The notes beneath the pieces were generated by a model. It saw only the letters and a list, made by a program, of their open reading frames with translations. It ran no database searches and was not told the DNA's origin. A DNA stretch of 64,000 nucleotides from Flavobacteriales bacterium (GTDB lineage: Bacteria > Bacteroidota > Bacteroidia > NS11-12g > UBA955). The stretch is from the NCBI GenBank assembly GCA_947463095.1, contig CANHRE010000004.1:11077-75076 (forward strand), in the 5' to 3' direction. Numbering within the stretch: position 1 is the stretch's first letter; every line of letters starts with the position of its first letter. Made by a program: the position numbers and the translations under genes. Of the stretch, positions 56,892-64,000 are shown in pieces.

Positions 56892-56966
56892 TGGGAGCTG
56901 AGGGGTTCGAACCCCCGACCCTCTGCTTGTAAGGCAGATGCTCTGAACCAGCTGAGCTAAGCTCCC
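56892..56966 (-). tRNA. tRNA-Val (anticodon TAC); the CCA is genome-encoded (56889-56891)
   Basis: Reverse complement: GGGAGCU-UA-GCUC-AGCUGGUUCA-GAGC-A-UCUGC-CUUACAA-GCAGA-GGGUC-GGGGG-UUCGAAC-CCCCU-CAGCUCCC-A-CCA. It folds as a cloverleaf with a 7-bp acceptor stem, a GGUUCGAAC T-loop and anticodon UAC. Confidence 0.9.
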
Positions 56967-57105
56967 ATGTATTTGTTCAGCCATTGTCGTGCTGAACGGG
57001 ACTGCAAAAATAATGAACTTGGTCATTCCTGCAAATCTTTTTTGCTCATTTTTTCGGACAGGCCATTTGAGGAGGGTGGAATGCTGGCATTTTTAGGACG
57101 GTATA

Positions 57106-59628
57106 TTGCAGGTGCTTTTTAAGGTTATGTCAGTGAAGATGAGGAAGGTGCTATATCGGATTTCAATGGGTATGTTCATGACGGGGCTGGTGCTGGTAAC
57201 CATCCTGAACGCAGGTCTATTTTTCTACGGCGACCGCATAGAGGCCATGGCTGTAGATCGGGTAAACCGCTTTCTGAAATCAAAGGTCAGCGTACAGCAT
57301 GTTGATTTGGTGTTTTGGAGTTCCTTCCCAAGGGTTTCCCTGAAGTTGGAACAGGTGGTGGTGGGCGAAAGTGAGTATGTAACCGGTGAGCCATTGCTGC
57401 GCTGTCAATCTCTGATGGTTTCCTTTCACCCCATCGAATTGTTGCAGGGCCATTACCGCATCCTTGCCCTCCACATGGAGCAGGGGTTGCTGAATATTGC
57501 AGGCCGGGGTTCTGCGGTGAACTACGATGTGCTTAAAACAGATTCCGGCGCCACTGCTGGTGGCAGTACCAACCTGGACTTGCAGCAGGTGAGCCTGAAC
57601 CGGGTGCGCGTGAAATACCGCGAACTGTCGGACAAAACGACCATAGACCTCAGCCTGGCGGAGTTCCAGGGGCAGGGCGCCTTCATGTCCAGCGACTTCG
57701 CGGCAGACCTGAAGGCCGAAGGCCGCTGCGAGCTGCTGGAGATTGCCGGACTGCAATACCTTCAGTCTAAGGCGCTGAACCTGGATGCCCGCCTGAATGT
57801 GCAGCAGGGCAACCGCTTTCGCTTCAACAACGCCGCATTGAAGTTCGACCGGGCCGGCTTTCTGGTGAACGGTTCTGTGATTACGGGTAAGGAGCAATCC
57901 ATGCTCGACATACGCGTGAAGGGCAACAAAATGACCATTGCCGATTTGCTGGGAGTGCTTCCTTTGTCGTGGACGGCAGCGGTGCGCGATTTCCAGAGTA
58001 CCGGCGAAATCAGTTTCGATGGCCTGGTCAAGGGTGCTGCCGGTGCCGGCGCCATCCCAAAAATTTCTGCACAGGTGCGGCTCAACAAGGCATCGCTACA
58101 GCCTCCCGGATCTGCGGTGCGCATCAGCGACATCGAGGGACAGGCGCTGGTGGAGAACCGCAGCGACGCGCCCGGCATCTTTGACCTGAGCGTGAAGCCT
58201 TGGGCCTGTAAACCAGGTAAGGGAAGCCTGCAGGGCGATTTGTTGATGCTGAACCTCAGCGACCCCGTTCTGGAAACAAACCTGCGCGGCACCCTGGAAC
58301 TGTCAGACCTGCCCGCCCTGGCCTCGCTGAACGGCGTGGAAGCCGGTGGTGCCCTTCTGGTAAACATGCACATAAAAGGGAAAACCGCAGATTTTGGCAA
58401 AAACATCGGCGCCGTTGATGCCGGTGGCACTGTGGAGCTGCGCCAGGCCATGTGGCAGCAGCCCGCAAAAAATATTGACATCCGCCAGGCCATCGGCACC
58501 TGCGATATAGACCCTGATAACCTGTCGCTGCACCATTGTGAAGCCCTCATCTCAGGTCAAAATGTGCGCTTCAGCGGCAGCATGCCCGGCTTCTGGCCCT
58601 ACGTGTTCCGCGATTCCGGTCACCTGGAAGTGCATGGATTCCTGGAAGCCGACAAGCTCAACCTCGAACCCTTCGTGGTTTCAGGCAGCCCCGCCAAACC
58701 TGCCGCAGCGGCGAATAACACCTATATCCTTCCCGATGATATGGACCTGGATGTTTCCGTGCGCATCGGAAATCTGGTGTATAAGAAGTTTGAAGCCAAA
58801 ACCATCAACGGCATCGCCACCTTCCGCAGAGGCCGGCTGCGCCTCAGCAACCTGAACATGCAAACGCTGGACGGTACCCTGCAAATGAACGGCAGCTTCA
58901 ACAAGGACGATAAAGGGTATATCTGTAAAACAGCCTTTAAAGGAACGGATATCAACATATCAAAACTGTTCTATGCCCTGGACAACTTCGGCCAGAATGA
59001 CCTTACCGACAAGAATTTGGAAGGCACCGCAGACTTCAGCGGCGAAGCCATGATTCCCTTCGATCCTTCCCTGAATGTGATTCAGAAGGAACTGTATACT
59101 TATGCCGACCTGGAAATTAATGGGGGTGTACTGCGGAATTATGAGCCACTGATGTCGCTGTCCTCCTATGTCAAGGTAGAAGAACTCAAGGAAATTAAAT
59201 TCTCCAGCCTGAAGAACAACATTGAAATCGCCGATGGACAAATCAGGATTCCTTCCATGACCATCAACAACAGCGCACTGAATATTGAAATTACCGGTAC
59301 CCACCGCTTCGATAATTACATGGATTACGGGTTTAGGGTGCGCGTGAGCGATGTGATAGCGGCCAAATACAGCTGGCGCAAGAACAATGTGGAAGGGCGT
59401 TACGAAGACAATGGATCGAAGGGCATGAGTATTTTTGTGAAGATGGTGGGTTATCCGGATCAGTTGAACATCAGCTACGACCGTCAGAAGGTGAAGCAGC
59501 AAATTCAGGAATCAGCCAAAAAGGAAAAGACCGAACTGCGCGAAGCTTTGAAGTCAGAATTCTCCGGAAAGAAGGAAGGTGGCAAGCAGCAGAAAAGCGG
59601 GGAAACCTTTGAGTGGATTGAGGATTGA
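57106..59628 (+). CDS. AsmA-family / TamB-like envelope protein (second paralogue in the window)
   Basis: 840 aa. There is an N-terminal TM anchor (…MGMFMTGLVLVTILNAGLFFY), a long beta-rich repetitive body and a K/E-rich C-terminal tail. Its organisation resembles the protein at 32813-35530. The likely start is M12 (57139). Confidence 0.65.
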   Translation: MQVLFKVMSVKMRKVLYRISMGMFMTGLVLVTILNAGLFFYGDRIEAMAVDRVNRFLKSKVSVQHVDLVFWSSFPRVSLKLEQVVVGESEYVTGEPLLRCQSLMVSFHPIELLQGHYRILALHMEQGLLNIAGRGSAVNYDVLKTDSGATAGGSTNLDLQQVSLNRVRVKYRELSDKTTIDLSLAEFQGQGAFMSSDFAADLKAEGRCELLEIAGLQYLQSKALNLDARLNVQQGNRFRFNNAALKFDRAGFLVNGSVITGKEQSMLDIRVKGNKMTIADLLGVLPLSWTAAVRDFQSTGEISFDGLVKGAAGAGAIPKISAQVRLNKASLQPPGSAVRISDIEGQALVENRSDAPGIFDLSVKPWACKPGKGSLQGDLLMLNLSDPVLETNLRGTLELSDLPALASLNGVEAGGALLVNMHIKGKTADFGKNIGAVDAGGTVELRQAMWQQPAKNIDIRQAIGTCDIDPDNLSLHHCEALISGQNVRFSGSMPGFWPYVFRDSGHLEVHGFLEADKLNLEPFVVSGSPAKPAAAANNTYILPDDMDLDVSVRIGNLVYKKFEAKTINGIATFRRGRLRLSNLNMQTLDGTLQMNGSFNKDDKGYICKTAFKGTDINISKLFYALDNFGQNDLTDKNLEGTADFSGEAMIPFDPSLNVIQKELYTYADLEINGGVLRNYEPLMSLSSYVKVEELKEIKFSSLKNNIEIADGQIRIPSMTINNSALNIEITGTHRFDNYMDYGFRVRVSDVIAAKYSWRKNNVEGRYEDNGSKGMSIFVKMVGYPDQLNISYDRQKVKQQIQESAKKEKTELREALKSEFSGKKEGGKQQKSGETFEWIED

Positions 59629-59651
59629 GAAGTAATTTATTGTGATGAACA

Positions 59652-61169
59652 TCACCTCAGCATCGCCCAGGCCTCAGGCAGCGCATCAATCAGGCTCATG
59701 GCGGTCATGCCCTGTTCGGTTTTTGTCTTACGTGCTAAGTCTGCTGCACGTCCGTGCAGAGACAGGCCTATGGCTGCAGCATCGTTGCGCTGATAGCCGG
59801 AAGCCAGCAAGCCGCCGATGATTCCGGTGAGCACATCGCCGCTGCCGCCTTTGGCCAGCCCGGCGTTGCCGCCGGTATGGTAACTCAGGTGCCCTTTGCA
59901 ATTGGAGTAGATGCTGTAAGTGTCTTTCAGGACGATGCTGCAGCATTCCCTCAGGCTGTAGGCGCTTAACAGGTTCAATCGTTCCAGATCATCGCTCCAG
60001 GAGCCGACAAGCCTTTTGAATTCTCCCGGATGGGGGGTGAGCAGGGCGCGGTTGTTCAGCAATTTAAGGTCAATATGCTCCTCAGCCAGCAGGTTCAGGG
60101 CATCGGCATCCAGCAGCAAAGGGATGTCAGGAAATACCTGCATGATTTCACTAATCACGCGGCCTGTTTGAGGGTGTGTGCCCAGGCCCGGACCGGCGGC
60201 GATGGCATCTACCGAGGCAGGAAGGAAGTCAGGTAATTGGGTAATAATATCCAGGCCGCTGTGCAGGCACATGGCCTCCGGCACTTGTGACATTACGGTG
60301 GTTCGGATGCGTTCCGGCAGCAGGGCCGTAACCAAACCAACTCCCGTCCGGAGGGCCGCTTTAATGGTCATGATGGCAGCACCGGGCTTCTCCTGGCTAC
60401 CCGCAACAACCAACAGATGTCCGTAGCTGCCCTTGTGGCTATGCCTCGGTCTGTTGCTGATGCACTCTTTAAGAATGGAATCTTGATACCACACGGGTCT
60501 GTCTTCTGTCAAGGGAGACATAGCCTGATGAAGGCCAATGCCCACCACCTGGAAGTCCACCTTGTGTTGCGGCAGCAAGAGGCCTTCTTTGGGTGCTTCA
60601 AAGGTGTAGGTCCTGGTGGCATGCACAAAATCATGTTCCGTGATGCCATCGGTATAGAGCCCGGAGGGTAAATCGATGGATACCAACAGTCTTCTTCGGT
60701 TGAGCCACGCAATACAGGCCGCATACAATCCCTCCGGCGGGCGGTTCAGTCCGGTGCCCAGCAAGGCATCAATCCACATCACATCATCCTCGATGGGCAA
60801 CAGGTGGCTGTCGTGAACAAGGTGCAGACACTCAGGGCGGAATGCCCGGAGCAATTGCTGGTTGAACAGGTTGTCGGCGCTGTAGGCATCCTGTTGAAGC
60901 AGAAAGCACTGCGTATTGCTGAAACCGCGTTCCAGCAACATCCGCGCAACTGCAAGTCCGTCGCCGCCGTTGTTGCCGCCACCGCAAAGAATGCGAAACC
61001 GTTTTTGCCCGGGGAAATCCTGAAGCAATCGGTTCAGGAACAGCCCTGATGCCCGTTCCATCAGGTTCCAGGAACTGATGGGCTCCTGTTGGATGGTGTA
61101 CCTGTCGGCTTCCCGTATTTGTATGGCGGTGAGGATGTTCATATCAGTACCAGCAATGATTTGGGACAA
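59652..61169 (-). CDS. nnr: Bifunctional NAD(P)H-hydrate repair enzyme (YjeF_N epimerase fused to a YjeF_C ADP-dependent dehydratase)
   Basis: 505 aa. The N-terminal domain has …ILCGGGNNGGDGLAVARML…. The C-terminal carbohydrate-kinase-like domain has …GHLLVVAGSQEKPGAAIMT… and …GGSGDVLTGIIGGLLA…. Confidence 0.8.
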   Translation of the reverse strand: MSQIIAGTDMNILTAIQIREADRYTIQQEPISSWNLMERASGLFLNRLLQDFPGQKRFRILCGGGNNGGDGLAVARMLLERGFSNTQCFLLQQDAYSADNLFNQQLLRAFRPECLHLVHDSHLLPIEDDVMWIDALLGTGLNRPPEGLYAACIAWLNRRRLLVSIDLPSGLYTDGITEHDFVHATRTYTFEAPKEGLLLPQHKVDFQVVGIGLHQAMSPLTEDRPVWYQDSILKECISNRPRHSHKGSYGHLLVVAGSQEKPGAAIMTIKAALRTGVGLVTALLPERIRTTVMSQVPEAMCLHSGLDIITQLPDFLPASVDAIAAGPGLGTHPQTGRVISEIMQVFPDIPLLLDADALNLLAEEHIDLKLLNNRALLTPHPGEFKRLVGSWSDDLERLNLLSAYSLRECCSIVLKDTYSIYSNCKGHLSYHTGGNAGLAKGGSGDVLTGIIGGLLASGYQRNDAAAIGLSLHGRAADLARKTKTEQGMTAMSLIDALPEAWAMLR

Positions 61170-62041
61170 ACTTCTACGGTGAGTGGACCTTTGAAGTATC
61201 CGGCTGGTTCTCCGTCCACATGGATGGCGGTGCGTTTTACACCGGCTATCTGAAAGCGGGTTCCGCTAAGCACCTGCACGCTTGGCGCACGGTGTACTTT
61301 TTTGATGAGCAGCCTGAAGCCGATGGAGGGCACGGTTAATGGGCCGGCCGGCTGGAAAATCAGGGCATTAATGGTTCCGTCGTCAATGCGTGCACCCGGC
61401 ATCAGGGCTACATTATTACCCCACTGCCCTCCGTTGGCAAAGCAAATCATCCAAGCTTCACCCTGCCAGGTAACATTGGTTTCAACAACTTGGAATGGCT
61501 CGGGCTGCAAACGCAGGTTGCGCGCAATGGTTTTTACGTACCCCAAAAGGCCCCGCTTTTTACGGTCCTTGAAGGCATGGCTGATGCGGGCATCATAGCC
61601 CAGTCCCGCAATGTTGGCGAAGAAATGTCCGCCGCAAATCCCGGTGTCTATGGTCTTGGCCTGAAAGCGCAGTACCTGCTCCAAGGCTTTTCCGGGCTGC
61701 ATAGGCAGTCCCAGGTGACGCGCCAGCCCATTGCCCGACCCTAGTGGTATGATGCCCATGGGAATGCCGGTGCCTTTCAGAAATTTGCCCACCAGGTTCA
61801 CCGTTCCATCCCCGCCGCAGGCAATCACGGCAGCAGGGTTTGTGGCCATTGCCGCCTCCAGTTCCTTGCGCGTTGATTCCGGTTTCCCCAGGGCGATAAA
61901 CCGGGCCTCATAGGGTTTGTCCTTCAGCATCCTGGTTGTCAAGGCTTCCATCCGAGACGCTTTCCCACTGCCGGAGCGGTGGTTGAGCACAAAAATCAGG
62001 ATGGGCTTAGCGGTTGAAGGCATATTGCAGGATGTTGGCAC
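61139..62041 (-). CDS. Diacylglycerol-kinase catalytic-domain family lipid kinase (YegS/BmrU-like)
   Basis: 300 aa. ILIFVLNHRSGSGKA… is followed by the DAGK_cat signature VIACGGDGTVNLV and …IIPLGSGNGLARHLG. It overlaps nnr by 31 nt. Confidence 0.75.
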   Translation of the reverse strand: MPTSCNMPSTAKPILIFVLNHRSGSGKASRMEALTTRMLKDKPYEARFIALGKPESTRKELEAAMATNPAAVIACGGDGTVNLVGKFLKGTGIPMGIIPLGSGNGLARHLGLPMQPGKALEQVLRFQAKTIDTGICGGHFFANIAGLGYDARISHAFKDRKKRGLLGYVKTIARNLRLQPEPFQVVETNVTWQGEAWMICFANGGQWGNNVALMPGARIDDGTINALIFQPAGPLTVPSIGFRLLIKKVHRAPSVQVLSGTRFQIAGVKRTAIHVDGEPAGYFKGPLTVEVCPKSLLVLI

Positions 62042-62675
62042 CCATTTTTAAAGCCTGCTGTCGCACGGCTTCCGGATCCTGGTAGGTGCCGGGGTCTTCC
62101 CACCCATTGCCCAGGTCGCATTCGTAATCATAGAAACATACCACACGCCCTTCCCAGATTAAGCCGTAGCCCTTCGGTGCCTTGCCGTCGTGCTCGTGCA
62201 CCTTGGGCAGGCCCGCAGAAAACTGGAATTTCTGGTGGTAGATGGGATGGCTGAACGGCAACTCCACAAAATCCAGTTCGGGAAAAACCTTTTTCATCTG
62301 CGGCCGGATGAACGGATCCATGCCGTAGTTGTCGCATATGTGCAGAAAACCGCCGGCCAGCAGGTAGTTGCGTAGGTTTATCGCCTCTTCCGCAGAGAAC
62401 ACCACGTTGCCATGCCCGGTCATAAATACATAAGGGTATTGCAGTAGGTCTGCGGAACCGGCATCTATGATGTCTTCAGCTTCAGCCAGGGTGGTGCCAA
62501 GGTTGCTGTTGGCAAAGCGCGCCAGGTTGGGCAGCGCAGTGCGCGAGGAATACCAATCGCCGCCGCCGCCGTATTTCAACCGGGCCAGTTTTATGCTCGC
62601 ACCCGTCATTCCGGAAGGTGCAGGCGCTGCTCCGGTAAAAAGCATGAAACAGATCAGATACCAGTACTTTCCCAT
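62007..62675 (-). CDS. DUF4159-domain protein (signal peptide)
   Basis: 222 aa. …LARLKYGGGGDWY…YPYVFMTGHGNVVFSAEE…LRNYLLAGGFL… matches DUF4159. It overlaps the lipid-kinase gene by 35 nt. Confidence 0.5.
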   Translation of the reverse strand: MGKYWYLICFMLFTGAAPAPSGMTGASIKLARLKYGGGGDWYSSRTALPNLARFANSNLGTTLAEAEDIIDAGSADLLQYPYVFMTGHGNVVFSAEEAINLRNYLLAGGFLHICDNYGMDPFIRPQMKKVFPELDFVELPFSHPIYHQKFQFSAGLPKVHEHDGKAPKGYGLIWEGRVVCFYDYECDLGNGWEDPGTYQDPEAVRQQALKMGANILQYAFNR

Positions 62676-62698
62676 GGTTGAAACATCAAAATTACAAC

Positions 62699-63946
62699 CT
62701 ACTTCAGGGATAGTTTCAGGCCTGCATAAAAATTGGCCCCCATCACGGGCCCCCAGGCAAGAGCGGCATCAAAGTAGGGGAGGTAGGGATTGTTCGCCGA
62801 CATCACCGGATTGTGGTCGCCCGCGCTCAACAGGTTCTCACCACCCACATACCATTCCCAACCCTTCCATTCCTTGCGCAGTTGGGCATTCCACACCATA
62901 AACCATGGACTGTAACCGGGTCTGCGGTACTGCTCCGGATAGAATCCCGTTTCGGGAATCCTACGCGGTGAATTGATCTGGAAGGTATTGTTCAGATGCC
63001 ACTTGCGGCGGTTTTCAAAGTCGGCAATAACAATGAAGCGATGCGGTGATTGCAGGGGTTGTATGCGTCGGCCCGATAGCAAGGGCTGAATGTTATGGAC
63101 CAGGCGGTAGGCTGTTTTCAGTTCCAGACGACGCCTTGGCGACCAGATCCACTCAGCCTGCACTGTACGGGCAAAGCCTCCACCCCGCTCGTAAAACCAT
63201 ATTTTGGAGGGCTGGTAATCACGGTCGGCAATAACCTGATTGTCAAAGCGGGTTTCAAAATAATCCAGCAACAGGGTGGAGGGGCGGCCGTTAAACTTGA
63301 AATAACGGGTATAGCTGGCCCCGAAGTTCCAGCCGCGTTCCTGATGAAATCCATAGGGGAGGTTGCGAAAGTTCGGATCCCAGGGCACGTTTTGCCAGTG
63401 CACATAGCGGCTGCTGAGAAACAAAGGCAGGTGTTCAGCCAGCACCCAGGCCGTGCGCCTCCCATAACCGGCCTGCGCACGGAATAGGTTGTCCTTGTTC
63501 AGGTCGTAGCGCAGGTGCATGCGGGGTGTAAATGACCAGCCGTACAGGTTGTTCCAGTCGCTGCGGATGCCCGCCACTGCTGAAAAAGAACCTTCCTTCA
63601 GGGTGTATTCGGCAAAAGGTCCTGCGGCCAGTTCGCGTCGCTGCAGGGGCATCAGCTCAATCAGCGGATTGTTGGGGCCAATCAGCTCGAATACGTCGTC
63701 GTATTGCAGATTGATTCCTGTTCTGAACACATCTTCACCCCGAACATTTTGCTGGTAAAACAGCTGGTAGCCAAAGCTGTTCTGCGCGCCCCGGTATAGG
63801 TTGGAATCGCCAAAGTGCGCCTCCAGCGTTTCGGTATGAAAGGACAGGATGTTTCCCAGGCTGGATTCCTTATCGTCGTTCAGGAACAGGCCAACCTTGA
63901 CAAAGCCATCCGCTTTGCGGTCTTTTTGGGAGAACACATAGGGCAC
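62699..63946 (-). CDS. Outer-membrane beta-barrel protein (TonB-dependent-receptor-like C-terminal region); the N-terminus probably lies beyond the window end
   Basis: At least 415 aa, rich in alternating aromatic/polar beta-strand patterns and Y/W/R residues. The frame remains open from 63946 towards 64000. The family assignment is tentative. Confidence 0.4.
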   Translation of the reverse strand: MPYVFSQKDRKADGFVKVGLFLNDDKESSLGNILSFHTETLEAHFGDSNLYRGAQNSFGYQLFYQQNVRGEDVFRTGINLQYDDVFELIGPNNPLIELMPLQRRELAAGPFAEYTLKEGSFSAVAGIRSDWNNLYGWSFTPRMHLRYDLNKDNLFRAQAGYGRRTAWVLAEHLPLFLSSRYVHWQNVPWDPNFRNLPYGFHQERGWNFGASYTRYFKFNGRPSTLLLDYFETRFDNQVIADRDYQPSKIWFYERGGGFARTVQAEWIWSPRRRLELKTAYRLVHNIQPLLSGRRIQPLQSPHRFIVIADFENRRKWHLNNTFQINSPRRIPETGFYPEQYRRPGYSPWFMVWNAQLRKEWKGWEWYVGGENLLSAGDHNPVMSANNPYLPYFDAALAWGPVMGANFYAGLKLSLK

Positions 63947-64000
63947 GCCGGAATAGTAGTGTCCGCCCGGTACCAGTTGTCCGGCCTGACGGTCGTCGGC

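Noticed and set aside
62699-63946. Calling the terminal minus-strand ORF a bona fide TonB-dependent receptor
   Set aside because: The C-terminus ends …FYAGLKLSLK with no terminal aromatic residue, and no plug or TonB-box is visible in the available portion. It is kept as a generic outer-membrane beta-barrel at low confidence.

Overview
This 64 kb window looks like a chromosomal segment of a Bacteroidota genome, at roughly 55-58% GC. The phylum call rests on several T9SS C-terminal sorting domains, a TerC protein and a TetR-controlled HlyD/TolC efflux cluster. Housekeeping genes include a partial topA, gyrB, pcm, a CCA-adding enzyme, dgkA, an speA-like decarboxylase, an aspC-like aminotransferase, nnr and a lipid kinase. 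A large share of the window encodes envelope, glycosylation and secretion functions. These include GT4, GT2 and GT-C-like glycosyltransferases, a WbaP-like sugar transferase and T9SS cargo proteins. There is a seven-gene minus-strand operon at 40.2-47.7 kb: HAD hydrolase, a membrane-domain/uridine-kinase-like fusion, a glycerophosphodiester phosphodiesterase, two nucleotidyltransferases, a Dpm1-like GT2 and a GT-C membrane transferase. Two AsmA-family proteins are also present. A second module at 28.4-31.6 kb combines a UbiA prenyltransferase, a SAM methyltransferase-like gene and a single protein that fuses a CdsA/phytol-kinase-like domain to a DUF92 (VTE6-like) domain. The most striking region is an AT-rich island of about 8.5 kb (48.3-56.9 kb) that abuts the 3' end of a tRNA-Val(TAC) gene. 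It carries a GmrSD-like DUF262/DUF1524 nuclease and an IS3-family element with no target-site duplication. Downstream of the IS sits an RNase H-like ORF that lacks a start codon. Next comes a UvrD-like helicase with a Vsr/DUF559-like nuclease fold inserted between helicase motifs and a C-terminal zinc ribbon, followed by DinB-like and DUF1566 genes. Three copies of a modular structured intergenic repeat occur at 15.9, 47.9 and 54.8 kb, the last one inverted. Each carries a 10-bp-stem hairpin, and two copies add a TGGWWAG heptamer array and G/C-stem modules; the copies bracket or sit inside the island. No CRISPR arrays or rRNA genes were seen.
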